This document shows, piece after piece, positions 1 through 10,100 of a stretch of 47,578 nt of DNA. Numbering within the stretch: position 1 is the stretch's first letter; each line of letters begins with the position of its first letter. Made by a program: the position numbers and the translations under genes. The notes under the pieces are model-generated. The model was not told the DNA's origin and did not search any database. It saw only the letters and a program-made list of their open reading frames with translations. Location: positions 1-47,578 of the forward strand of contig DATJXG010000089.1 of NCBI GenBank assembly GCA_035500455.1. Reading direction: 5' to 3'. This stretch comes from Terriglobales bacterium. Lineage in GTDB: Bacteria > Acidobacteriota > Terriglobia > Terriglobales > Acidobacteriaceae.

Positions 1-1014
1 CCCAATCCAAGAATGAGCCTCAAGCCCGTGGCCGAGCGTCTTCGTATGCTGCTCGACCGGGAATACGCGCGCTCGGAGAACGTGGGCTTCTGTCCCGACT
101 GCGTTGGGCCGGAAGCCGTGGAAATGGCGGGCAAGCTGGAAAAGGGCCAGACGCTTTTGCTGGAGAATCTCCGTTTCCACGCGGAAGAGGAGGCGAACGA
201 CGAGAATTTTTCCCGCCAGCTTGCCGGCCTGGCGCAGTTTTATGTGAACGACGCATTCGGCAGCGCCCATCGCGCGCACGCTTCCACTGCGGGAATCACC
301 AAGTTCGTGCAGAAGTCAGCGGCGGGTTTGCTAATGGAGAAAGAACTGCAATATCTGGGCAAGGCTTTGCAGAATCCGGAGAAGCCGTTCATCGCCATTC
401 TCGGCGGGGCGAAGGTTAGTGACAAGATCGGCGTCATCCAGAACCTGATGAGCAAAGTGGATGGGCTCATCATCGGCGGCGGGATGGCCTATACATTCCT
501 CAAGGCACAAGGGCAGGAGATCGGCAAGTCGCTGGTGGAGGCCGACAAGCTCGACCTGGCGCGGCAACTGCTGCAGCAGGCCAAAGAGCGCAAGCTGAAG
601 TTCCTGCTGCCGGTGGACCATGTCGTGGCCGACAAGATCGACGCTGGCGCCGTGGCGAAAACCGTGGGTGTGGGGCAGGCGATTCCGGCGAACATGATGG
701 CGCTCGATATTGGTCCAAAGTCAGTCGAACTTTTCTGCGAAGAAATCCTGACAGCGCGGACCATCGTGTGGAACGGCCCCATGGGCGTGTTTGAGCAGCC
801 GCAGTTTTCCAAGGGCACGTTCAAGATTGCGGAAGCCGTGGCGGAAAACGTCGGGGCAACCTCGATTGTTGGCGGCGGGGACTCGGTTTCGGCGGTCAGC
901 CAAGCGGGCGTGGCGGACAAGATCACCCATATCTCAACGGGCGGCGGGGCATCGCTGGAGTTTCTGGAGGGGAAGAAGTTGCCGGGCGTGGAAGCGCTGA
1001 CGGATAAGCGTTGA
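1..1014 (+). CDS. pgk: phosphoglycerate kinase, 5' end outside window
   Basis: Frame 1 is open from base 1; the listed ORF 13..1014 only marks the first in-frame Met. PGK motifs are present: [53 protein letters not shown]. It is shorter than a normal ~395 aa PGK, so the N-terminus is cut by the window edge. Confidence 0.97.
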   Translation, partial: PNPRMSLKPVAERLRMLLDREYARSENVGFCPDCVGPEAVEMAGKLEKGQTLLLENLRFHAEEEANDENFSRQLAGLAQFYVNDAFGSAHRAHASTAGITKFVQKSAAGLLMEKELQYLGKALQNPEKPFIAILGGAKVSDKIGVIQNLMSKVDGLIIGGGMAYTFLKAQGQEIGKSLVEADKLDLARQLLQQAKERKLKFLLPVDHVVADKIDAGAVAKTVGVGQAIPANMMALDIGPKSVELFCEEILTARTIVWNGPMGVFEQPQFSKGTFKIAEAVAENVGATSIVGGGDSVSAVSQAGVADKITHISTGGGASLEFLEGKKLPGVEALTDKR

Positions 1015-1037
1015 GCGTGTTTCGGTCTGCGGCATAA

Positions 1038-1138
1038 CTGTCGTCCCGAGCGCAGCGAGGGATCTTGGTTCTTGCCTGCGCATGGGCATTGCCGCTGCCG
1101 GCAAAGACCCACATCCCTCGCTTCGCTCGGGATGACAG
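1038..1138. repeat. Family-A palindromic element (copy A1): two ~27-nt inverted arms
   Basis: Left arm ctgtcgtcccgagcgcagcgagggatc (1038-1064). The reverse complement of the right arm catccctcgcttcgctcgggatgacag (1112-1138) matches it with about 3 mismatches. Same core as the copies at 22.6, 23.2 and 43.0 kb. Confidence 0.8.
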
Positions 1139-1193
1139 TTTGTTAATGGACAGTAACGGCTTGGCCAGAAACTTTGTGGTGGAACGGTTCAGT

Positions 1194-1778
1194 ATGCGAG
1201 TGGTGGCGGGTGGGCGGTTCGTTGAACTGCACGGCCCGGCAGATATCACCGAAGAAGCCACCGAGGCCATCGTGAACGCCGCCAACTCGTACTTGATGGG
1301 CGGCGGAGGCGTGGACGGAGCCATTCACAATGCCGGAGGGCCCGCGATCCTGGAGGAGTGCCGGCGCTATGTAGCGCAGAACGGGAACTTGCCGGCGGGA
1401 CGGGCGATGCTTACGCGGGGCGGGCGGCTCACGGCGAAATATGTGATCCACACTGTCGGGCCTGTGTATCGTGGCGGCAGCAGCGGGGAACAAGAACTGC
1501 TGGCGAGTTGTTACCGGGAATCGATTCGTTTGGCGGAGCGGCACGGCATCCAGTCGCTGGCGTTTCCTTCGATCTCGACCGGCGCGTTCGGATATCCGGT
1601 AAGTCTGGCAGCCCACGTTGCGGTCCAATCGGTGCTCACTGAACTGGAGCAGGCCACGCACGTCGGGAAGGTCCGCTTTGTTCTGTTCGATATTTCCACT
1701 TTGAAAGCATATAGCGCAGCCGCGGAAAAACTGGTGAGGGCTCGGCCCCAATACGCACTGGAAAAGGCCTCTACATGA
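1194..1778 (+). CDS. macro-domain protein (ADP-ribose / O-acetyl-ADP-ribose hydrolase family, YmdB-like)
   Basis: Motifs AIVNAANSYLMGGGGVDGAIH and SISTGAFGYP are typical of macro domains. I trimmed the start from ORF-track 1065 to the ATG at 1194, because the first 43 codons are read through repeat A1. The stop overlaps the tpiA start (ATGA at 1775-1778). Confidence 0.85.
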   Translation: MRVVAGGRFVELHGPADITEEATEAIVNAANSYLMGGGGVDGAIHNAGGPAILEECRRYVAQNGNLPAGRAMLTRGGRLTAKYVIHTVGPVYRGGSSGEQELLASCYRESIRLAERHGIQSLAFPSISTGAFGYPVSLAAHVAVQSVLTELEQATHVGKVRFVLFDISTLKAYSAAAEKLVRARPQYALEKAST

Positions 1779-2536
1779 CACGACAAGCAAGACGAAAAGT
1801 GATTGCCGCCAATTGGAAGATGTACAAGAACCCGGCGCAGACGCGCGACTTCTTTCGCGATTTTCTGCCGCTGGTTGCGGACCACACTCGGGACGAGATT
1901 GTGGTCTGCCCGCCCTACATCGACCTGTATGCCGCGGTGGAGGCTGCCAAGGGATCGAATGCCGCCATCGGCGCGCAGGACGTTTATTGGAAGGAAGAGG
2001 GCGCGTTCACCGGCGAGGTTTCTCCCGGCATGCTGCTGGCGGCGGGGTGCACGCATGTGATCATCGGGCATTCGGAGCGGCGGCAGTATTTTGGCGAGAC
2101 GGATGATACCGTGAACATGAAGCTGAAAGCGGCGCTGGAGGCAGGACTAACTCCCATCGTTTGTGTGGGCGAGGTGTTGGAGGAGCGCGAGGCGAACCTT
2201 ACCGAAGATGTTCTGCGGCGGCAGTGCCTGCGGGCGTTCCACGCGGTTTCCGCCAAGAAAGCCGGCAAACTTGTGGTAGCTTACGAGCCGGTGTGGGCCA
2301 TCGGTACCGGAAAAACCGCTACGCCTCAACTGGCCTCGGAGGCGCACACGTTGATTCGCGGCGAGGCAGCGAAGGCTTTCGGCGATGAGTTTGCCGGGAA
2401 CCTGCGGATCCTCTACGGAGGATCGGTGAAGCCGGAGAACGCTGCGGCGCTCATGTCGGAAGAGGAGATCGATGGGGCTCTGGTGGGCGGGGCCAGTTTG
2501 GACCCTAAGTCGTTTGCAGCCATCGTCAAGTATTAG
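1775..2536 (+). CDS. tpiA: triosephosphate isomerase
   Basis: Motifs AANWKM, IIGHSERR, CVGE, VAYEPVWAIGTGKTA and YGGSV; 253 aa, a normal TIM length. Confidence 0.97.
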   Translation: MTRQARRKVIAANWKMYKNPAQTRDFFRDFLPLVADHTRDEIVVCPPYIDLYAAVEAAKGSNAAIGAQDVYWKEEGAFTGEVSPGMLLAAGCTHVIIGHSERRQYFGETDDTVNMKLKAALEAGLTPIVCVGEVLEEREANLTEDVLRRQCLRAFHAVSAKKAGKLVVAYEPVWAIGTGKTATPQLASEAHTLIRGEAAKAFGDEFAGNLRILYGGSVKPENAAALMSEEEIDGALVGGASLDPKSFAAIVKY

Positions 2537-2620
2537 GGTATTTGGACCAGTCGGTAGCGCTCCTCCGCATGACCTCAGAACAGCAGGTCCCTCCGGTCCA
2601 CGGATTACCGCTCTGGCCGT

Positions 2621-2660
2621 GATCCGCTCCGGTCGGGATGACAGAACTTCGGGATGACAG
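2621..2660. repeat. Degenerate family-A half elements (copy A2)
   Basis: gatccgctccggtcgggatgacag followed by cttcgggatgacag both carry the family-A terminal cgggatgacag motif. No clean partner arm was seen. Confidence 0.4.
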
Positions 2661-2786
2661 AATTATGGAGAAGGGTCTGAGTCTTGCGGCAATTTAGGCA
2701 GCAAGGCCGATCTATGGACGGAGGAATGCGGTCTTGAATCCAATCTCGTCGTAGAATTTTAGGCGTTGTGCCAATTCGGGAGATCC

Positions 2787-3749
2787 ATGCAGCCAACTCT
2801 CCTCGCGGCGTTCTTTGAGTTCTCTCGCACCGCCTTCTCGATGTCGTGTGCCGGCCTCGCGCTGCTCGCGATTGGCCTGTTGGCGGCGAAAAACGATATC
2901 GCCCAGGCTCGCGGCCTCGACAAGATCGTAGCCCTAACCTATTTATGCTTCGCCGTCCCGTTGGCGGCCTTCGGCGCGGAGCACCTTTCCGGTGCAAAGT
3001 TCCTGAAGAACGCGGTACCGCCGTATATGCCATGGCGTTTGTTTTGGGCATATTTCGTCGGCTTTGCACTGATCGCCGCATCGCTGAGCATCGCCACCAG
3101 GATTCAGGTGCGATGGTCCGGCCTGCTGTTCGGGATCATGATGTTCCTCTTTGTGGCGATGCTACATTTGCCAAGAGCGGTCACCAGCGGCGACCGAATC
3201 TCGTGGACCATCGTCTTTCGAGAAATGTCGTTCGGCGGCGGCGCCTGGGTTCTGGCGGGAGTTGCAATGGGCGGCTTGCGTGGGCCGGGCAGAAGTCTCA
3301 TCACCGTGGGCCGCGTGCTGATTGCATTGGCCGCGATCTTTTTCGGGGTTCAGCATTTCCTGCATCCGCTGGGGCTCCCCGGGGTCCCACTGGAAAAGCA
3401 GATGCCCACGTGGATTCCCGCGCGTGCGTTCCTCGACTATCTTACCGGTGCATTTCTCATCGTTGCCGGCGTCTGCTTTCTGCTGGCGCGGAAGACGCGC
3501 GAGGCGGCCGTCTATCTCGGCGCATGGATCGTGCTCCTGGTTCTGGTCATCTACGGACCTGTCCTGATCGGCGCGCTGGCGGACCCAAGCACCGCGGTGA
3601 AGGTCGAGGGGCTCAATTATTTCGCCGACACGCTTCTGTTTGGCGGAGCGATTCTTTCGCTTGCCCGGCCGGCCAGACCTCAGCACTCTCTCCCAGCCGC
3701 CACTTCACCTGGCCAGCAATCCCCTGCCCCGCAGCCAGTTGGCCAGTAG
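2787..3749 (+). CDS. polytopic membrane protein, DoxX-like (function unknown)
   Basis: About 8 hydrophobic helices with an apparent two-fold internal repeat. The ATG at 2787 follows a gggaga SD, so I prefer it to the TTG at 2766. The last 45 nt overlap the convergent esterase gene. Confidence 0.55.
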   Translation: MQPTLLAAFFEFSRTAFSMSCAGLALLAIGLLAAKNDIAQARGLDKIVALTYLCFAVPLAAFGAEHLSGAKFLKNAVPPYMPWRLFWAYFVGFALIAASLSIATRIQVRWSGLLFGIMMFLFVAMLHLPRAVTSGDRISWTIVFREMSFGGGAWVLAGVAMGGLRGPGRSLITVGRVLIALAAIFFGVQHFLHPLGLPGVPLEKQMPTWIPARAFLDYLTGAFLIVAGVCFLLARKTREAAVYLGAWIVLLVLVIYGPVLIGALADPSTAVKVEGLNYFADTLLFGGAILSLARPARPQHSLPAATSPGQQSPAPQPVGQ

Positions 3750-4619
3750 GGTCGGCCACATTCCCAGAGCCGGGTCGTTCAGATCCAGACCTACCCCGTG
3801 CGGTCCTTTCTCAAAGATGTGCAGCTCCGCCGGAACTCCTGCTTTGTGGAGCGCCAGATAAAACGCCACGCTGTTTTGCGGCGGAACTGTGGTATCGGTG
3901 TCGGTGCTGAGCAGGAACGTGGGCGGAGTTTGCGGCGTTACCTGCAGCTCGTTGGAAAGTTCCTCGCGCAATTTGGGATCGGCATTCTTGCCCAGAAGAT
4001 TCTCTTCCGATCCCTGGTGCGTGTAGGGCGCGGTGAAGGAGATCACCGGATAGCCGAGGATCAGGAAGTCGGGCCGGCAGCTTGCGCGATCGATGGGATC
4101 GGTGGCTGACGGATTGCCGTTGTCGAAATGAGTTCCCGCAGTGGAAGTGAGATGGCCGCCGGCGGAGAAGCCCATCATGCCGATGCGGTCGGGCTGAATT
4201 CCAAATTCGGCGGCGCGGGAGCGAACCAGGCGGATGGCGCGCTGGGCGTCGCCCAGTTCGATGGGATGGTGGTAGCGCGGGCCCAGGCGGTAGCGCAGAA
4301 CGAACGCGGTGATACCGAGGGCGTTCAGCCAGTTCGCCACCTGGCGGCCTTCGTGATTTGTGGCCAGAAAGCCATAGCCGCCGCCGGGCGCTACGACTAC
4401 GCCGGTGCCTGAGGCGGCGGGGTCGACCGGATAGTACACGGTGAGGCTGGGCTTGTCGGCATCCGTGTTTCCCAGTGCGCCAGGAGCGCCGTTCGGCCAG
4501 AGGAGCATCGTCTCAGGCTCGGCGGTCATCTTCAGCTCAGCGGAGGTCTTTTGCTTCGCCGTCTGCGAGAAACAGAGCGTGCTCAGGATCAAGACGGCTG
4601 CGGCGCACCACGGTTTCAT
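3705..4619 (-). CDS. secreted alpha/beta-hydrolase esterase (carbohydrate-esterase-like)
   Basis: N-terminal signal peptide MKPWCAAAVLILSTLCFSQT. Oxyanion-type VVAPGGGYG and nucleophile elbow GFSAGGH (GxSxG). It sits upstream of the GH78 genes on the same strand. Confidence 0.8.
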   Translation of the reverse strand: MKPWCAAAVLILSTLCFSQTAKQKTSAELKMTAEPETMLLWPNGAPGALGNTDADKPSLTVYYPVDPAASGTGVVVAPGGGYGFLATNHEGRQVANWLNALGITAFVLRYRLGPRYHHPIELGDAQRAIRLVRSRAAEFGIQPDRIGMMGFSAGGHLTSTAGTHFDNGNPSATDPIDRASCRPDFLILGYPVISFTAPYTHQGSEENLLGKNADPKLREELSNELQVTPQTPPTFLLSTDTDTTVPPQNSVAFYLALHKAGVPAELHIFEKGPHGVGLDLNDPALGMWPTLLANWLRGRGLLAR

Positions 4620-4643
4620 TCTTATCTCCTTCTGCTGTGTATG

Positions 4644-4713
4644 TTCCTTTGCGTTCTTTGCGTTCTTTGCGGTGAAGTTATAACCGCAAAAGAGCGCAAA
4701 GGTCGCAAAGAAG
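4644..4713. repeat. Family-B-related palindromic element (copy B1)
   Basis: ttctttgcgttctttgcggtgaagttataaccgcaaaagagcgcaaaggtcgcaaagaa is self-complementary around gaagttata. It fills the gap between the esterase start and the GH78-like stop. Confidence 0.6.
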
Positions 4714-4715
4714 AC

Positions 4716-7178
4716 CTACTGCGAATTGACTCCCGGCAGGGTCAGCTTCTGGTTTCCCTCATGCAGCTTCAATGTTTTTCCTTTCCAGACCAGTTCGCCG
4801 GAAACTCCGGCTGGCAGGCTGATTTGGGCATCGACACCTCCGGCCTGGAGCGTGTATTCCGTCTCGATCATTCCCTTCGGATGGGGCAACGCCGCGGAGA
4901 CGTGTCTGAGCTTGCCCAGGTGCGGCTCGATCACAACGCTGGAAAATCCCGGGACCCTCGGTCGAAGTCCGGCCACGATGGTGAGCAGGTCGTAATCCGG
5001 ATGGGCGCTCCAGGCGTGGGAATCGGAGCGCGTGGGTTCGGGGTTCTCGGCCCAGGTGGTGAGGCCGAGCGAAACCATCTGGTGCCAGGGGCCCAGTAAG
5101 TCGAGATAGCGGTCGCCCATGCCGGCGTGCTCGAGGGCGCGGGCGAGATAGAACCGGAAGTAATAAGTCGCTTCGGTCATAGACGGAACCGGGCCGGCGG
5201 CGGAAAATCCGGGATCGCTGGCGGAGAGAATTTTCTGCATGACGTCCCGCTGCCCCTCGCGCGGGATTACGTCCAGCCACACTCCCAGAATGTTGGCGTG
5301 CTGGCTGAAATGGGTTTGCGCCGGTGTATCGGCGAGCAACCCGTACTTCTGGCTCCAGCAGAGCTTGAGCACGGCTTGCGAGGCACGCGTGGCAGCTTCG
5401 CGATAGATCTCGGCCTGATGCGCATCCCCCAGCGCGGCTTCCATCTCCGCCGCGTAGCGCAGGGCTTCGATGAACTGCAGCGTGATCACCGCGGAGTCGC
5501 CGTCCTCTTCCTGCGGCGGCATGCCGAATTCGAAATCTTTGCCCCAATCCACGAAGGGCCACCAGGGAATTTTTCCCATCAGCCCATTGGCGCGCTGCTT
5601 ATGCAGAAACCAGTCGAGGGTGGTGCGTACGCCCAGAAGCTGGCTGCGAACGAACTCGGGATCGTCGCGATACATCCAGAAATCGTGCACCATGCCGACC
5701 CAGAGCAAAGAAAACGTCGGAATGATCTGCACTAGCGACGATGGATAGCGGCTCTGGGTGATGCCATCGGCAATGCGCGAATAGTTGAAGGCGTTGATGG
5801 CCTGGCGGGCGAGGCGGTCGTCGCCGGCGACGGTGTAGGAGAGCAGAATCTGGATGCGCGTGTCGCCGCCGTACTGCAGACGCTCCCAGTAGGGAGTGTC
5901 CATGTAAGTGTCGTGGGCGTCGAGGCGGGCGGTTCGCCAGCTTATATCCCAGATGGGCTTGAGCGAGGCGTCGTCGGAATCAAAGTGGGCGCGCTCTTCA
6001 AACGGGAACGCCGAGAACCAGGTGCGCAGACCCTGCGCATGGAGCGGACTGTCACCGGTGGTGAAATCCAGCTGCAAGTAACGCCAGGTTCTCCAGGCGA
6101 GTGGCACGAACACTCGGGCATCGGAGCCATCGGGCAGAAATTCGTCCTCGAGTCCGGTGATGTGCTTGCCTTCAATTTCGTTGCGGTTGCCCTTTTCTCC
6201 CTTGGCGTCCACCAGAGCCTCGGCGTAAGTCAGGCGAACGCTGGAGCCTGATCCGCCGCTTACCGTGAGTTCGGGGTATCCCGTGATAAGCGTCGAGTTG
6301 TCGATCAGAACGCTGGCTTGCGTGTGCGGGGGAACAACGAAGTCCTGGGCGGCAGAATTCCCCGGCAGGTTCACTCCGCTGAAGCGAACGATCTTGCCGG
6401 CGGGAACGAGTTTCATCTCCATCGGCGGCAGCGGATCGGCGACCAGTTGCCAGTTGTTGGGAGCATCGGTTTCACCGCGAAGGGCGCCGCGACCGAGGGC
6501 CACGGGTTTCGTCCAGGAGGAATTCGCCTCTGCCGCGGCATCCCAGGACCAATCAAAGGCTGCGCCATCCAGCCGCTCGCCCGGTTCAGCGGCGTAGTAA
6601 CCTCCCGCCTTCAGGTGGGTGGCCCGGATTCCCTTTTCGACTTCTACTTCCCAGGTATCGTTGGTGTCGGCGGCTCGCTCTTCTTCAGTTGCCCCATGGA
6701 GCAGGAATGCAGTGCGATCGCTCATCTGGGCGATGGCCGCGTAAATCCCGAAGTTCCACACCGTGGCGGAAAGCAGATTGCTGCCTTGATGAAGCATGGG
6801 GGCGATGTCGTAAGTTTCGCAGCGCCAGTGCGCCAGATCGCTGCGTGCGGGACCGTTGCCGACGCGCTGCCGGTTGACGTAGAGAATGAATTGGTTATCA
6901 GCGCTAACCTGCACCACGAAATGTTCGGGCACGGAGGCGAGGTTGAGCGTCTTGCGGAAGTGGAGCACCACCTGGTCCCGCTGGGGAACGTCTGCGGCGG
7001 TGATCCATTGGGCGGTCCAGAGGTTCGGGGTCTCAGAGTATGCCGGATTGAGTACGCACAATATTGTAATTACGACACCCAGAATGACCTGGGCTGCCCG
7101 GCGTTTGGGGTAGTTCCCGGCCGCGGCACGTAACCGCCGAGGGCGCTGAGTTCGCGGAGGTTGGTTCGTCATGTGCAC
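4716..7178 (-). CDS. alpha-L-rhamnosidase-like six-hairpin glycosidase (GH78-related)
   Basis: 820 aa. DTPYWERLQYGGDTRIQ matches the GH78-type (alpha/alpha)6 catalytic-domain signature. Basic N-terminus plus a hydrophobic anchor. The start codon at 7176-7178 directly abuts the stop of the upstream GH78 gene at 7179-7181. Confidence 0.72.
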   Translation of the reverse strand: MHMTNQPPRTQRPRRLRAAAGNYPKRRAAQVILGVVITILCVLNPAYSETPNLWTAQWITAADVPQRDQVVLHFRKTLNLASVPEHFVVQVSADNQFILYVNRQRVGNGPARSDLAHWRCETYDIAPMLHQGSNLLSATVWNFGIYAAIAQMSDRTAFLLHGATEEERAADTNDTWEVEVEKGIRATHLKAGGYYAAEPGERLDGAAFDWSWDAAAEANSSWTKPVALGRGALRGETDAPNNWQLVADPLPPMEMKLVPAGKIVRFSGVNLPGNSAAQDFVVPPHTQASVLIDNSTLITGYPELTVSGGSGSSVRLTYAEALVDAKGEKGNRNEIEGKHITGLEDEFLPDGSDARVFVPLAWRTWRYLQLDFTTGDSPLHAQGLRTWFSAFPFEERAHFDSDDASLKPIWDISWRTARLDAHDTYMDTPYWERLQYGGDTRIQILLSYTVAGDDRLARQAINAFNYSRIADGITQSRYPSSLVQIIPTFSLLWVGMVHDFWMYRDDPEFVRSQLLGVRTTLDWFLHKQRANGLMGKIPWWPFVDWGKDFEFGMPPQEEDGDSAVITLQFIEALRYAAEMEAALGDAHQAEIYREAATRASQAVLKLCWSQKYGLLADTPAQTHFSQHANILGVWLDVIPREGQRDVMQKILSASDPGFSAAGPVPSMTEATYYFRFYLARALEHAGMGDRYLDLLGPWHQMVSLGLTTWAENPEPTRSDSHAWSAHPDYDLLTIVAGLRPRVPGFSSVVIEPHLGKLRHVSAALPHPKGMIETEYTLQAGGVDAQISLPAGVSGELVWKGKTLKLHEGNQKLTLPGVNSQ

Positions 7179-10100
7179 CTAACGCTGGATTGTGAAATGG
7201 TATGTGCCCGCGCCGGCTTCATAAACCGCCTTGCGCGGATCGCGGAGAACAAATGACACTCCCGGACTCTGCCGAATGTCCGCGCCGCCTTCGAGAATCT
7301 GCGCCGTCACATCTCCCGGAAAATAGAGCATCGCCTGCGTATTCGCAGGCACCGTGACATCCCATGTGACCGTTCCGCCACCGGCCTTCCAGGAAGAAGC
7401 GATCTTCCCGTAGGGCGATTCATACGTTGCTTCCGCTTCTCCCAGTTCGCGATTGAATTGCGGATGCAGCACTATATCGTGGAAGCCCGGGCTCTCCGCA
7501 CTCTCGTCGATGCCGGCAGCATAGCGATAGAGCCACTCCGCCACCGCACCGTAGGCGTAGTGGTTGTAGGAGTTCATGGAGGGATCGCCCATCATCTGGT
7601 CACCGTTCCAGCGCTCCCACATGGTGGTGGCGCCGTGTTCGATCATGTATCCCCATGAAGGATAAGTTCTGTTGAAGAGAAGTTCGTAGGCGACATCGCT
7701 ATGGCCGCTGTTGCTGAGTTCGAGCATCAGATAAGGCGTGCCGAGGAAGCCGGTGGTGAGGTGCCCATCGTGGGCCTTGATGTCTTCCACCAGCTTTTCC
7801 GCCGCCGTGGCCCGCATACCGGGCGGCAGCAGGTTCATGTGCAGGGCCAGGACGTAACTGGTCTGGCTTCCTGTGCCCACGGTGCCGTCGGGCTTCACGT
7901 ACTCGTGGATGAACGCGGCGCGCACCTTGTCGAACACCTGGCGGTATTTCTCTTCGTCATCGCTGCGGCCGAGTGCCCCTGCGATGCGAGTCATGAGTTC
8001 AGCATCGTAGGCCCAGTAAGCGGTGGCGATCATATCTTTGGAAGTTTCGCTGCCAATCGCCAGCCAGTCGCCGTAGTCGTTGCCGCGTTCTTTCAGCCAG
8101 AGATAGTTGGGATTGGCGCTTTCCAGATGCGTCATCCACTTTTCCATGGCGTCCCAGTTTTCCCGCAGGATGGTCTTGTCGTCGTATTGCAGATATGCGG
8201 TCCAGGGAATGATGACGCCGGCATCGGCCCAGCCGGCCACGCTGTTGGACACATTGCCCGCGTAGGGAGAAACGTCGGTGTAACCGCCGGAGGCGCGCTG
8301 TGCGTCGCGAATGTCGGCGGTGAACTTGTGCGAGAAGGAAGCGAGGTTGGCGTCGAACGCAGCGGTCCGCCAGAAGACTTCCGCGTCGCCCATCCAGCCC
8401 AGGCGCTCGTCGCGCTGCGGGCAATCGGTGGGCACGCTGAGGAAGTTGCCGCGCTGTCCCCAGAGAATGTTGCTCCAGAGTTGATTGACGATGGCGTTGG
8501 CGGTCTTGAACTGAATGGTGAACGGCGCATCAGTGTGGAAGACGACGCCTTCGACGGCATCCTGCGGCGGCGTGCCCGGATAGCCGGTGAGTTCGATGTA
8601 GCGAAAGCCGTGGAAGGTGAAATGGGGTTCGAAAACCTCGTCGCCTTTGCCGCGCAGGATGTAAGTATCTGTGGCCGCGGCGGTGCGCAGGTTTGCCGTG
8701 TAAAGTTCACCATCGTTCTGCAGGACTTCGCCAAAGCGCAAGCGGACTTTCGTCCCCGCGCGCCCGGCAACATGCAGGCGCGCCCAACCGACCATGTTCT
8801 GGCCAAGATCGAAAATATAAACTCCCGGCTTGGGGCTATTCATGGTTTTGGGCTTGAGCGTCAGCTCTACGCGCATCGGCTGAAAGTCTTCGGCAACCAA
8901 AGGCGCTTCAGGCGTGGTGGCGATGGCCACTTTTTCCCAGCGGGCGGCGGCAAAGCCGGGCTGGTCCCAACCGCTCTGCTCCAGGCGGGCGTCGAAGTCC
9001 TCGCCGCTGTAGATTTCGGATTGCAGAATCGGCGACTGCGCCGCCTTCCACGACCCATCGCTCACCACGGAATCGCGGCTGCCGTCGCTGTATTCCACCT
9101 CCAGTTGCACCAGCAGGCGCACTGGCGGAGGGCCGAAGTTGTAGCGCGTCTGCAGCCAGGAAAGGCCGCTGGCGTACCAGCCGTCGCCCAGAATGGCTCC
9201 CAGGGCATTCCCGCCCTGCCGCACCTGCGAGGTCACGTCATAGACCTGATAGACGATGCGCTTACTGTAGTCGGTCCAGCCGGGCGCGAGCACGTCATTG
9301 CCCACGCGCTTGCCGTTCAGGTAAAGCTGGTAACTTCCCAGGGCCGTGGAATAAATTCGCGCCGAGCGCACTTGTTTGGCGACACTGAATTCGCGGCGCA
9401 ACAGGCTTGCCGGCAGGGCGGGCCACGGAAATTTTACCTGCTCGCTACCCACATCCGCGATCGCCACCGCGTTGGGCCAGGAGGAGTCATCGAAATTTTT
9501 AGCGAACCAGTTACCGGTCTGCTGGGCAGCGGTCTTCCAGTCCGGGCCGGAGACGAAGCGCTGGATTTTGCCGTCGCGCATCGTCACGCGCAGCAGGGCG
9601 ATGAATCCCGCCGAGTTTTGATTGTCGCGCGATTCATTGACGATGGCCTCGGCCGCCACCACGTTCGCGCCTTTGCTGAGCAACTTCCCGGCGGGGATGA
9701 CACGAAAGTGGCCCCAGGGCTCGCGCTCGCCGTAGCCGGTGGCGGGCGAAGGCTCCAGCACCTGCCGGCCGTCGACCCAGGCGGCGACATTGTCTTTCGC
9801 GGTGATGAATAAGGTGGCGTCTTTGGGACTTTCGCCGAGGTTAAAGCGGAGACGGAACTCGTGTTTGCCGGCGCTGGCGTTGGTGAGGCCGTTTTCATTC
9901 GCGGCCCAGATCCACTTCACACCCGATTCATAATCACCACGCTCTGCGGGTAGGTCGCGGGTGATCCATTTTGCCTTCCAGTCCTGCGGCGAGAGCAATC
10001 CCATCTCCCACCAGGTGGCCTGGCTGTAGGGGCTGGGATCTCCCGCCTGATCCCAGGCGCGAACCTGCCAGTAGTAGCGGTGGCGGGACTCTACCGCCGG

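Noticed and set aside
1065-1193. N-terminal extension of the macro-domain ORF
   Set aside because: These codons translate repeat A1 (HIPRFARDDS). An internal ATG at 1194 begins the conserved domain.
2537-2786. Expected secG downstream of tpiA
   Set aside because: No ORF with a SecG-like hydrophobic profile exists in this 250-nt gap. It contains only degenerate family-A repeat pieces.
2846-3910. 354-aa ORF on the + strand
   Set aside because: It is an alternate frame of the membrane-protein gene. It is Arg/Pro-rich and has none of the hydrophobic periodicity seen in the 2787 frame.
4441-5099. + strand ORFs 4441..4683, 4475..4675 and 4551..5099
   Set aside because: They are generated by reading through repeat B1 and antisense to the esterase and GH78-like genes.
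7701-9812. 703-aa ORF on the + strand
   Set aside because: It is antisense to the well-supported GH78 gene. Its composition is Gly/Ala/Arg/Val-rich with no motifs, typical of a shadow ORF in high-GC DNA.
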